Part shown: one piece after another, positions 47,451 through 63,322 of the stretch
Layout: the number at the start of each line of letters is the position of its first letter
How positions within the stretch are numbered: position 1 is the stretch's first letter
Assembly: GCF_009914755.1 (NCBI RefSeq)
Contig: NC_060945.1
Source: the human T2T-CHM13v2.0 reference genome, Homo sapiens
Reading direction: 5' to 3' (one strand)
Length of the DNA stretch: 64,000 bases
Notes under the pieces: generated by a model
Told to the model about the DNA's origin: nothing
Seen by the model: only the letters and a program-made list of their open reading frames with translations
Database searches by the model: none
Program-made: the position numbers and the translations under genes

Positions 47451-48176
47451 TGGTTGACCTTTGAACAAGGGAGGGATTAGGGGTGTTGGTCCCCAACACA
47501 GGCAAATCCACATATAAGCAGGGCTCCGTGGCCCTTGCCTGTAATCCCAGCACTTTGGGAGGCCAAAGTGAGAAGGTTGCTCGAGACCAGGAGTTTGAGA
47601 CCATCCAAGCAACAAAGTGAGACTCCCATCTCTACAAAAATTTTAAAAATCAGCTGGGCATGGTGGTGTACTCTTGTAGTCCCAGCTACTAGGGAGGCTG
47701 AGGCAGGAGGATTGCTTGAGCCCAGGAATTTGAGGTTACAGTGACCTGTGGTTGTGCCAGTGCACTCCAGCCTGAGCGACAGAGCCAGATTCTGTTTTTA
47801 AAAAAAATCATATAACCTTTTTGACTCCCCCAAAACGTAACTACTAATGACCTATTGTTGACCAGAAGCCTTACTGATAACATAGTCCATGAACGCATAC
47901 TTTGTATGCTATATGTATGATATATTCTATTCTTACAATAAACTAGAGAAAGGAAAATAGTATTAAGAAAATTATAAGGAAGATAAAATATATTTACTAT
48001 TCATTAAGTGGAAGTGGGTCATCATAACATTCTTCATCCTCATTGTCTTCACGTTGAGTAGGCTGAGGAGGAGGAAGAAGGGTTGGTCTTACTGTCTCAG
48101 GGGTGACAAAGGTAGAAGAAAATCTGAATATGAGTGGACCCACACAGTTAAAACTCATGTTATTCAAGGGTCAACT
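47451..48176. mobile_element. Tigger2a-like, interrupted by AluJ
   Basis: TIRs ggttgacctttgaac / ttcaagggtcaac flanked by TA. Confidence 0.78.
47521..47808 (+). mobile_element. AluJ
   Basis: Diverged dimer; TSD catataa. Confidence 0.87.
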
Positions 48177-48629
48177 ACTTATACAAACCGAGGTGGTATA
48201 GCCTACTATACACCTAGGTTATATGTATAGCCTATTTTGCTCCTTGGTTACAAACCCCTACAGCCTGTTACTATACTGAATACTGTAGGCAGCTGTAACA
48301 CAAGTATTTACAGTGGTATTTGTGTATCGAGACATATCTAAACATAGAAAAGGCACGGTAAAAATATGCTGTTACAATCTTACGGGACCACGATTGTATG
48401 TGCAGTTCATCATTGACTCAAATGTTACTGGCTGCATGACTGTACCTACTGGATCCATTGGGCGCTTAAAACTTCAATACATCTAGAGCATTGCTCACCT
48501 GCCACCTTTCTTCTGACCAACCTCTTCCTCTGTCTGTATATCCCATCTTGGTGAATGATACTATTATCTATCCTTTTGTTCATTGTTTCAGCAGTTATTT
48601 ATTGATTACTTACTGTGTGTCAGATAGTC

Positions 48630-49368
48630 TGTGGTATAATTTTATATCATTTTGTTCCTGATTCCTAGCACATAGCTTCCAAAATCTTTGGAATTTCCTG
48701 AGTGGTGGGAGTGTCTTCTTATTCATAATGAGTCCTTTTGGATCTTATCTGAGTTCATGCTAATGAACTGGCTCCTGGGGATGAGGGGCTGGACACCCTC
48801 AGAATTGGGGGTGGTCCGGAGGAAGCAGTCAGGAAACTGCAGGATTGGAGGGTTGGAACTTTCAGCCCTCCGCCACCACCAGCTCCAGGGAAGAGAGAGG
48901 GACTGGAAATTGAGTTCAGTCACGTGGTCAGTGATCTACTTAATCATGCCTATGCAATGAAATTGCAAACGAAAGCCCTGGAACTGTGAGGTTCGGAGAG
49001 CTGGGTTGGTGAACCCATGATGTGCAGAAAGGTGAGTGCCTATATTGCACAGAGGAGGAGAGGGCATGGAAGCTCTGTACTTCCTCTCCCCCATGCTTTG
49101 TGCAGTGAGTCTCTTCCATTTGGCTGTTCCTGAGTTGCACAGAGCTTTTCCATGTTCGGTGAGTTGTTCTAGTCAATTACTTAACTTGAAGTGGAGTTAG
49201 GGGAACCCCTAAATTTGTAGTCAGCCTGGCAGAAGTGCAAGACTTGAGGCTGGCATCTGAAGTGGGGAAGTCTTATGGGACCAAGCCCTTGATTTGGGGA
49301 GTCTGCACTAACTCCGGTAGTGTCAGAATTGAAATGAATGGTAGGACACCCAGTTAGTGTTGGAGAAC
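48630..49368 (+). mobile_element. MER21-family LTR
   Basis: tttggaatttcctgagtg...gagggttggaactttcagccc...taggacacccagttagtgttggagaa. Confidence 0.7.
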
Positions 49369-49518
49369 ATTTTTTAGAACTCAGTCTGCCTATAGTATTT
49401 TTGAATACTGTGTCTATACACAGTATAGACTTAGTACCTGCCCTTAAGCTAGATAGGTGAACAAGCAATTATAATTTAGCTTTGTAAGCTATTCATGGAC
49501 TAAGTCAGCAGCCTGTAC

Positions 49519-49822
49519 TTTTTTTTTTTTTTTTTTTTTTTTTTGAGATAAAATCTTGCTGTGTCACCCAGGCTGGAGTGCAGTGAGATGATCATTGATC
49601 ATGGCTAACTGCAGCCTCAACCTCCCAGGCTCAGGCAATCCTCTCACCTCAGCCTCCCGAGTGGCTAGGACCACAGTTGTACACCACCACACCTGGCTAA
49701 TTTAAAAAAAAATTTTTGTAGAGATGGGATCTCACTGGTCTCAAACTCCTAGGCTCAAGCAGCCCTCCCACCTCAGCCTCCCAAAGTGCTGGGATTAGAG
49801 GTGTGAGCCACTGCACCCAGCC
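49519..49822 (-). mobile_element. AluJ
   Basis: Dimer with long poly-T. Confidence 0.88.
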
Positions 49823-50097
49823 TGGATTCTATCTGATGCTGAAGTCGGTGGCTTGATTCTGTCAATTCAGCCTCTGAAAGGTCGTTTGAATTCACCCTTT
49901 CTAGCCCCACTGCTCTGGTCTTAGTCCAGGCCTTTATATATTTTTTCACTTTACTACTTTGCTCTTAATGGTTGCTGCTTCCTGACTCGTCTGGCTTCTC
50001 TGTTCCACTTCATTTTACACTCACATGTTGCCAAAATAATCTTTGTTATGTGCTGCTCCCACAATAAGATCTTTCCCCGTGCTTTTATCTCCTAAGG

Positions 50098-51837
50098 TGG
50101 TGGACCTCAAGCCTTTTGGTATCAAAACCCTTGTGTCCTCTTAAGTGATTGAGGTCCCCAAGGAACTTTTCTTCATGTGGATTTTTGTCTTATCATTGTC
50201 TGCCAGATTAGAAATTAAAACCAAGAAATTTACACTTAAAATAGCTGTAATAAACCTATTACATGTTAACATAAATAACATTTTTATGAAAACTGTTCAC
50301 AAAACAAAAAAATTTAGTGAAAAGTGGCCTTGTTTTACATTTTTTGCAGATCTCTTTCATGCCTCACTGAATAAAAAGATGGCTGAATTCCATAACTGCT
50401 CCTGTAGTCAGTTTGTTGTGAAACGTTGTTTTGGTTGAAATAGTTGAAGAAAATCTGGCCTTATACAGATATGTAGTTGGAAAGAACAGGAGTCTTTTAG
50501 TGGCATTTCCAGAAAATTGTGGTTATTTTGTGATACTGTACCAAAACTTGACACTGGGTAGTTTCTTAAGGATTGGTTGCAGTGTAGAATCTGAAGTCAT
50601 ATAAGTGAACTTTTTATCCTCTGTTACAATAAAATCTGTTGATCCATCCTATACTTTGAATGGCTATTTTACCCCTGTTTGATTTGACCAATACATACAA
50701 CATCATGTATTGGTCATTTGGAAAATACTGGGTCACTGAGTTATGTAAATCTTACAAATGTTGACACATTTCATTAAACAATATCACAAAATCGTGTTTG
50801 TTATCACCACCCATCTTATTAGAAAATTCTTTAAATGTTGAGAAGCAGTCTAGCTCATAATGGCAGATACAAGTTTTCCAAAATTCTAATTTTCACCCCA
50901 AATTCAAATTTTATCATGAACAGCAAGTACTGTCAGTTGTTTTTCTTGCAGCATCAGGCTTGCTTTATTTTTGAGAAACTGTGCCAGATACCCAAATCTG
51001 AATAATCATAGTTTTTTTTGGTTGTTGTTTTGCCAAATAAAAATCGAGTTCCTGTAAAAAAAAAATGGCTAGTTTAGCTCACAACTCAAATGATTGCACA
51101 GTGATTTTCTTGGACATTGTTGTTTGGTGTAGCACATAAATGCTTTGAGTATCTAGTCATACAAGCATTAAGCATGTGTACTCAAGGGCTGAGATTTAAT
51201 AAAGTAATAATTTTTCATGATTCATCAAAGACATCCTGTTGTAAAACTGACTTTTTTTTTTTTATGTGAGTGTTTGGCAGTGAAGAATCCAGTGACCACA
51301 CTGGTACAGTTTGGTGCCACTGCTAAGGTGGGAGCAGTTTTACCCACCATTGTTTTTGTATCAGTGTAAATAAAATCACAGTGAAAAGAGCAGGTCTTGC
51401 CTGAGTACCATCATGATGATATGGTTTGGCTGTGTCCCCACCCAAATCTCATCTTGAAATGTAGCTCCCATAATTCCCATGCGTTATGGGAGGGACCTGA
51501 TGGGAGATAACTGAATCATGGGGGCAGTTCCCCCATACTGTTCTTGTGGTAGTGAGTGAGTCTTAGGAGATCTGATGGTTTTCTAAGGGGTTTCCCCTTT
51601 CATTTGGCTCTCATTTCTCTCTTGTGACCGCCATGTGAGACATACCTTTTGCCTTCCACCATGATTATGAGGCCTCCCCAGCCACCTGTAACTGTGAGTC
51701 CATTAAACCTCTTTTTCTTTATAAATTACCCAGTCTCGGTGAAAATGAACTAATACACGTAAGAATTTTGACCATCTGAACCCCCATGAAAGGGTCTTAG
51801 GACTCCCAGGGATCCACAGACCACAAGAGAATTGCTG
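50098..51837. mobile_element. Charlie1(a)-like DNA transposon, interrupted by THE1
   Basis: Start ...gccttttggtatcaaaaccc...attgaggtccccaaggaactttt; end gaaagggtcttaggactcccagggatccacagaccac...gctg. Confidence 0.75.
51417..51757 (+). mobile_element. THE1 (B/C-like) solo LTR, MaLR
   Basis: tgatatggtttggctgtgtccccacccaaatctcatcttgaa...actaataca. Confidence 0.9.
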
Positions 51838-53243
51838 CCTTGTAGGATAAAATCTAAACCTTCACTCACAGTTTAGAGTGCATTATGCTGTATCCCTGTT
51901 GACCTTCCCCTTTTCCTCTTCTATTTCTCTTCCATCTGGATCTCACCATAGAATGTTCTTTTGTCACTTTAGCTTTACAGTTTATTTCCCTTCTGCCTCC
52001 CCCTATCTGTCCCTTATCCTTTAGGCCTAACTGGGTGTTACTGAAGTGAAAATACCCGTACCTGCCGCAGCTATGAGTCATTTTCCCTTTGATTTCCAGC
52101 ACTGAACTTTTGGCTCTACCTCTTTCCATCTATTTTCTAGGGACCTCTGATTTAAAGTTCCGAATTTACAAATCCCATCATAACAGGAAAGCATTTTACA
52201 TCCCTCTTGTGACTTAAACTTAATTTATACTAATATTTTTCATTTTGAACCTTCTTATACCTAATTAAATGAAACATTTGAGCAAATAGGTGATGGGGTA
52301 TTGCCTTTTTTGGGGTCTTCTGTTCTGTCAGAAATGGTATTATAGTTAGGTCTAGCCCAGGGAAAAAACTGATTTCCTTTAACAGTTATTTGAATGATAC
52401 CCATTTTCCTAATCAGGAAGGTTTCTTGGTATTATCTAGGTACTGGGTTTTATGCTGCCAAGTTCATCAGTTAAATGGCCTTTAGATAAAGGACAGGTTG
52501 GAGTTGTGCTCAGCTCATATAAAATGTGCTTTAGAAGGACTTCTGGTATTATCTGACCCACACTGCCCCTCATGTCACACATGTTTCTGCACGTACACAG
52601 GATGAGTACTGAGTACCCTTCATGTTTCAGGGATTCTGCAGGTCTTTCACATATGCCATCTAAAATTTGTTTTTCACAATTTTGTGAACTAGATGACAAG
52701 ATCCTTGTGTTACAGATGAGGACCTCGAATTTGCTGCCATTTGTGTAATGAAAATATAAATGGCATAGTGAGTAGCTGAACTTAAATAAAAAATCATTGA
52801 CTTACCACATAAATAATAGTATTATAACATTATAAAACAAGATTTGGTATAAATGAGCTTTCATCAGTATAGACACATCTCAGGCATTAGTCTACCTTGC
52901 CTAGAAGGAGCAGGAATTATTTATTGAGCACTGTTTTGGATATATACTGAAGTTCCCTCAAATTCTAATGTCTCATAACTCTTCAGGCAGTTATAGTAAT
53001 TGCTGGATATACCAGGAAGTTATGCCTGTAATTACTGCTCAGAAATGAAATATGTAAACTCTAGCATTATATTCATACTGGTTTTATTATGAGATATATT
53101 ACCTTTTAGATTTCTTATAAGATCTATTTTTTAGATTTAGCTTACAAAGCCATTAACTGTTATAAAATTATACTGTAAATTATAAGCTTTAGTTAGATGG
53201 GCCGTTAGGCCCTAGCTTTGCTGGCAACTGTAACCTTTTATGA

Positions 53244-53715
<472 letters not shown>

Positions 53716-53849
53716 TCTGATGATTAAATTCTAAAACCAAGAGTTATTTAAAAGATTTTGTAGACAGTGGGGGTTGGAACTTGAAAGTGACCCATCAGCT
53801 ATGTAGCTACTAGCATTTTCCTAAAAAGTCCTCAGTGAGGCAGCTGGAC

Positions 53850-54565
53850 AAGGTTGAGAGGCAGGCAGCATAGCCAAGGGATTCTGGAGCCAAGCTGCTC
53901 AGCTACTGTCTTAGCCCACTTCGTGTTGCTGTAATAGAATATCTGAGGCTGGGTAATTTATAAAGAAAAAGGTTTATTTGGCTCACAATTCTGATGGCTA
54001 GGAAGGTCAAGTTAGAGCATCCGGTGAGGTCCTCAGGTTGCTTCCACTCAGTGTGGACTCCTGAATGTGATGTGGATGTGAAGAAACTGGAATCCTCATA
54101 CATTGTTGGTGTGAATGTAGCTTGGTGCCGCTGCTGTGCTAAGGGGAGCTAGAGAGTGCAGAGGTCACATGGTGAGAGAGGTAGTAGGAGCGGGATGGGA
54201 AGGGGCCAGGTTGTTAACAGCCAGCTCATGTGAGAACTAAGAGTGAGAACTCACTCACTCTTGGGGAGGGCCTTAATCTATTCATGAAGGATCCACCCCA
54301 TGACCTGAAAACACCTCCCACTAAGCCCCACCTCCCTACACTGCCACAGTGGGGACCAAATTTCAACCTGAGATTTGGTGGGGACACATAGCAGTTACTA
54401 GCTGTGTAACCATAAGCAAGCTATTTAACTTTTCTGTGCCTCAGTTTCCTCATCTGTAGAATGAGGTCGATCACAGTTCCTGTCTCATAAGATTGTTGTG
54501 AGGATGTTAAAACAGCGCAGTGCCTCACTAAATAGTAAACACTGTATAAGAAATGATTGTTATTA
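53850..54565 (+). mobile_element. MIR split by MST LTR
   Basis: tctggagccaagctgc... then actagctgtgtaacc...gcctcagtttcctcatctgt. Confidence 0.7.
53907..54393 (-). mobile_element. MST (B/C-like) MaLR solo LTR
   Basis: tgtcttagccca...ctgggtaatttataaagaaaa...catagca; 5-bp TSD gctac/gttac. Confidence 0.8.
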
Positions 54566-54797
54566 TTCTTATCACCTGTGATCCAAGCCTGGAATTTATA
54601 ATTTAAGATACGAATGAAGTTATTATATGTAGTTTTGTTACCAGTTGATTATATGACCTCTCTTAATTTCTCAGTTGCTCTTTCCATCATCTGGAAGCTT
54701 CGCCATTTGTTTTAACCTTTGAAGAGATGAGAGGAAAAGATGCATGATAGGCTTAAATTGCTCTCATCTACTTATAAAAAATAATTAGACATAACGT

Positions 54798-56290
<1,493 letters not shown>

Positions 56291-56499
56291 ATTTCGACAT
56301 GACGTTTTTTCCAAGTTTACCTTAGTTGTAATTTTGCCAAAATACTTTCTTAAACCATTTTATTGTAATTTTAGGCTAAGATCATTTGCACTTTATATAT
56401 AGTTGAATGAAATATATCGTAGTTGTTTTATTCTCTTGTAAATCTAGAAAAGATGAAAAATGAAAGCCATGAGAGTTTTAAGTATGTCTTTGCCTTGTG

Positions 56500-57172
56500 C
56501 AGATATTCTCAAAGGGTATTGTGGAGCCCTTGGGGCTCCTTATGACCTTTTCAAAGGGTCTGCAGGTTCAGGTTATTTTCATAGTAATTGTTGAGAGTTA
56601 TTTGCTTTTCAAATTTTTATTTATTTATTTATTTAGAGACGGGGCTTTGCTCTGTCCCCAGCCTGCAGTGCAGTGGTGCAATGACAGCTCACTGCAGCCT
56701 CGACTTCTGGGCACAAGTGATCCTCCTGCCTCTCAGCCTCCCAACTGGGACTGCAGGGAGGCATTGTTTTACATTTACATGCCACCATGCCCGCTAGTTT
56801 TTTTATTTTTCATAGAGATGGGGTTTTGCCACATGTTGCCCAGGCTGATCTTGAACTCCTGGGCTTAAGTGATCCACCCCCATCTCGGCCTCCCAAATTC
56901 TGAGATTACAGAATTTGTAAGCATAAGCCACCACACCCAGCCTATTTGCTTTTTTTTTTTTTAAACTCTTTTTCTCCACAGGTGTAAAGTGTAGTTTTCC
57001 AAACGCTCTATAATATATGATGGTGTAGTCTCTTTGTTGGCTAATGGTCTATGTACTTGTATATGTCTGGATTTTTTTGTTTTTTTTTTACAATTCTCTA
57101 AGGTAAGCTCTTTGTGATCCTCAATAATTTTTAAGTGTATAAAAGAGTCCTGAGGCCAAAAAGTTTGAGAAC
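56500..57172. mobile_element. Charlie1-family non-autonomous element, split by AluJ
   Basis: Ends resemble the Charlie1 termini in reverse (aagagtcctgaggccaaaaagtttgagaac). Confidence 0.55.
56615..56942 (-). mobile_element. AluJ
   Basis: TSD tatttgctttt. Confidence 0.85.
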
Positions 57173-58911
57173 AAAATGTCTTGGTAAAAAATGTATGTGC
57201 CAATAATGAAAAAGCATATACGAACTACTTGTATTATATATTTTTGAAAACAGAAGGAAAATAAATTGTAAGCCAAATGACTCTTTTGGCTGCTTAGCTT
57301 TTATCATCTTTACTGCTTCAGAGGTTACTAGATTTGGAACCAAAGTGTACTTTTTGGGATGCGGTAGGTTTCTGGTTTTAAAAAAGGATGTCTGGTATTG
57401 ATTAAATCTATAGTTTTGAACTTTCTAATCCAGCAGCTCTGTGGAGTAGGTACTGATACTTGGATTTTATAACCAGGGCACAAAATGGTTAAGTAACTTA
57501 TCTGTGGTCCGACGGCTAGTAAGTGGCAGGTCTGGTGTTTGGATCCATGAAGTCTGTTTCCTGAGTCTGCACTGTTCACAGTATGCGATCTATGTAATAC
57601 CGCTCCTTATGTACATTGTATAATAATAGCTCCCTGGGAATGTATGTGTGAAGTTCCCATTTGGAAGGCTGGCATCGTAGTACTGCACTGATAGTGGTGG
57701 CAGTGATTGTGAGGTGGGTTGGGTTCTGGTGCCTATGGCAGGGGCTCCAGCAAGCAGATGGTTAGAAGACAGATAGGGAGCAAGGATAGGAGGATGGGCT
57801 GCTATAGGGGCCAGACCTCCTGCCCAGGATATTTCTGGTCCAGTTCGAAAGTTGGACCTTTCCTTCCTAGAGATTGGCTCCACTTATGGCTTTATAATAG
57901 GACCTCTTCCCCTTCTGGAGTCCTTTGGAGCAAGATGCATTTTCACAGTTTTCTCCCAACCTCTTTACTTGAGTCTAGCACTTACTGCCTTTGAACTTCT
58001 CTGAGGGTTTTTACTACCAACTAGAAATGAAAGAAAAAGTTGAAGAGGGAGATGGTATTCAAAAGATAAGTGATACAAATTGGAGTCTTTTAGGATTCAT
58101 ATTATTGAAACGCAATTTGTCAACCTCCCTAAGAGGGTCACATCACTGTGGTGTGGGCCCCCCCAAGGCATGTCATCACTGAGGTTAGGATGGGCTCTCT
58201 GCCATGAGGAGTAAGCCAGTGCCTCCAGCTACTGGCTAGAAACAGGGAGTGTTGTCAGGAGATCTGCACTGGGGCTGAAGGACATCCCCGCCTACTTCCC
58301 TTTTGCTCTTCTTACTATCAGTCTTTACTACCGCAGATCCCTTTCTAGGGTCCACGACCTTTGCTGGGGTAAAGTGGGATGCAGGGATGGGGCCTGGGGA
58401 TGCTCTAGGCAGTTTGCATGAAGGAGTGGCTCCATTGGTGTTAAAGATTAGGCCTTCTGATACTTTCTTCTCCACTTGTACTTTGAGTTAAAGGCTCTTA
58501 CCTCAAGAGATTTTCTTTACTCTGTGGCCATATCTGTAACTGTCCTTAACTCTCTGTGCATGGCAGCCCCAAACCTTCCCAGTGGAACAGTGCAAGCTCA
58601 GAGCCTTGCAGGTCAGTGACCCCACACTTGGCACAGGAATTCCAGGGAAAAGTGTGAAAGGGCAGTAGGTGGCTCCTCCGTCCTGCTTCTTTGAAAACCT
58701 CTGACCTAAAAGGTTTTTGAAGCTGAATATTTAAAGAAAATATGTATGAGATTGTAGAGATAGATGCCTAGGCGGCTGAAGGGGATGTGGCAAGTGGATG
58801 GCCTCCCTCAGGGCTCCTTTCCACCTGTGGTGGCCACAGGTTCAAGACTCCTGTCCAAACATTCTGGTTTGTTTATGTGTTCCAGAAACAGACAGAGAAG
58901 AAGGTATTGTA

Positions 58912-59555
<644 letters not shown>

Positions 59556-59894
59556 CTCATTTAAGTTTTAATATGTTTGTGGGTAGAAAACGTCTTAATT
59601 TTTTTTTTTTAATCTCAGAAAATGACATGTGTTGGTGTTGAGATCTCTCTTGAGTGGCTTCATCATTTGTTCGTATGCCCAATGTAGAACCTTATTCTTT
59701 ATCCTGAATTCCTTCCTCCCCCTTACACCTGATTTAATTGTGCACTATTGATCTGGCTTAGTTCTGGAACTTCTCTCACTCTCACTCAGGTGTTGCCCTA
59801 GACTCATAGGTGCTCTCTCTCCAGCCAGTTTTGACCTCTCCATATCTTTTTCCATTAGAGCAGTAGTTGTCAAACTTTTTGATTAAAACTGAGA

Positions 59895-60190
59895 GGCCAG
59901 GTGCCGTGGCTCATGCCTGTAATACCAACAGTTTGAGAAGCCCAGGTGGTAGGATCACTTGAGCCCAGGACCAGCTTGGACAACATAGTGAGACCTTGCC
60001 TCTACCAAAAAGTAAAAAAATTAGCCAGGGGTGGTGACATGTGCCTGTGGTTCCAGCTATGTGGGAGGCTGAGGTGAAAGCATTGCTTCAGCCCAGGAGT
60101 TGGAGGCTGGATTGAGTCGTGATTATGTCATGACACTCTAGCCTGGATTACAGAGCAAGACACTGTCCCAGAAAACAAAACAAAACAAAA
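59895..60190 (+). mobile_element. AluJ within a Charlie1-like fragment (~59860-60400)
   Basis: Diverged dimer; TSD ctgaga. Confidence 0.8.
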
Positions 60191-61084
60191 TCTGAGAAAT
60201 TACTTATTCCCTAATTTATGATTTGGTTATTAACTTATTTAAAATGAAAAATAAACCCATGTAAAGTTAGTATACATAGCTTTTTAATGAAAATCGCTTT
60301 TTTTTTTTCCCAAAACAACAACATAAAATGTAGTCGGAAGAGTGGCCATCGTTCACTTATGTGTTGCAGACCTCCTTAATGTCTGCCTGGATGGAAGAGT
60401 TTCTCATCCAGTGCATACATGCATGAATCATTGCAGCCAGGTCTCAACCCTGTCAGACAACACTCTCTTTTTGTAGTAAGTCTTTGGTAATGCTTCTTTT
60501 ATTCTTAAGAAATGTATTCATCTCAGAATTCAAATGAAAGTAACATACTAACATGATAATAGTTCAGTGTGTCAGTGTTGTCTCAGCTACACTAGGATCA
60601 CATGCTCACTAGGTCAGGTGCACTGAGAATGCAGTGGCTGCAAATGCACACGGTAGAGGTACATTACTTGGTGATTCAAATATCAAGAAGGGCATTAGAT
60701 GTAATGACATGTTCTCTAAAACTGTGAGCAACTTTTGGTAAAATACAAAACAGTCTTTTGATTTATGTGGTAATTATATTCCTAGCAAATTGAATGTGTA
60801 GTGAAACTTGGAAAAAGTCTTTTGTGATTCTGTGTGAAATGGAATTTGGTTTTAGGTTCCGATAATTATACATGGGGTTTTCCCCTACATTACTATCTAG
60901 AGAAACATTCAAAAGTCGTATGGGACAATTCCTCATATGGGACTGTTCTGCACAACCTGTTAAATAAATGCCAGTGGTGCCTCCCAGCGAATGAGACCAC
61001 CAAAAATACCCCACGGATTTTCACACATCCATTAGGGAATGGTACATACCTATTAAGAACACTGATAAGTGGAATCTTGGCTGT

Positions 61085-61371
61085 ATTTTTTTTCTTGTTT
61101 TTTGTTTGTTTGTTTGTTTTGAGACAGAGTTTCAATCTTGTCACCCAGGCTGGATTGCAGTGGTGATCTTGACTCACCGCAACCCCCGCCTCCCGGATTC
61201 AAGTGATTCTTCTGCCTCAGCCTCCGGAGTAGCTGGGATTACAGGCGCCGGCCACCACGCCCGACTAATTTTGTATTTTTAGTAGACACGGGTTTCACCG
61301 CGTTGGTCAGGCTGGTCTTGACCTCCTGACCTCAGTGCTGGGATTACAGGTGTGAGCCGCTGTGCCCGGCC
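61085..61371 (-). mobile_element. AluS with left-arm deletion
   Basis: Dimer. Confidence 0.88.
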
Positions 61372-61420
61372 TGTTTTGTTTTTTTAAGTTGGATGATAAT
61401 TTAAAAAATAACTTACAATA

Positions 61421-61632
61421 CAGCCTGACCAACATGGTGAAACCCCATCTCTACTAAAAATACAAAAATTAGCAGGCATGGTGGCGCACGCCTGTAATCC
61501 GAGCTACTCAGGAGGCTGAGGCAGGAGAATTGCTTGAGTGAGGTTGCAGTGAGCTGAGATTGCGCCATTGCACTCCAGTCTGGGCGACAAAGCGAGACTC
61601 CGTCTCAAATAAATAAATAAATAAATAAATAA
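61421..61632 (+). mobile_element. 5'-truncated AluS
   Basis: TSD aataacttacaata. Confidence 0.85.
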
Positions 61633-61775
61633 CTTACAATAATAATTACTTGAATCTCACCGTTAATCAGTGTTAATATTTTGTTGTATATCCATCTTGT
61701 CCTTTTTTGTACATTTGTAGTTTTTTTCCATTCAAAAATGGGATCATTTAAAAATTTAAAAAGAGTCGATGTCTT

Positions 61776-62044
61776 GGCTGGGCACAGTGACTCAACGCCT
61801 GTAATTCCCAGCACTTTGGGAGGCCGAGGTGGGCAGATCACCTGAGGTTGGGAGTTCAAGACCAGCCTGACCAACATGGAGAAACTCCGTCTCTACTAAA
61901 AATACAAAATTAGCCAGCGTGGTGGTGCATGCCTGTAATCCCAGCTACTCGGGAGGCTGAGGCAGGAGAATCGCTTGAACCTGGGAGACGGAGGTTACGG
62001 TGAGCTGGGCAACAAGAGCGAAACTCTGTCTAAAAAAAAAAAAA
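61776..62044 (+). mobile_element. AluSp/Sq
   Basis: TSD gatgtctt. Confidence 0.9.
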
Positions 62045-62194
62045 GAATTGATGTCTTGATGCTACTTAATTTTATCTAATTCACGTGTTTTTAAAAATCA
62101 TAACAAAATCAGTTTTATTCTTCATTCTATCATACAATTAGTACAATCTCAGGTAAGATGCAAACAATGTATACTCATAAGTCTCTTTTTAACA

Positions 62195-63322
<1,128 letters not shown>

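Larger units (their letters stand above)
47385..48442. mobile_element. Tigger3a-like (TcMar), interrupted by Tigger2a
   Basis: tgtgcaaacatcataaagtgta | cttatacaaacc...gcatgactgta. Confidence 0.75.

Noticed and set aside
58236-58475. 79-aa non-Alu ORF (MEKKVSEGLIF...)
   Set aside because: Starts at GTG, no recognisable homology, and no poly-A/TSD to suggest a processed pseudogene.
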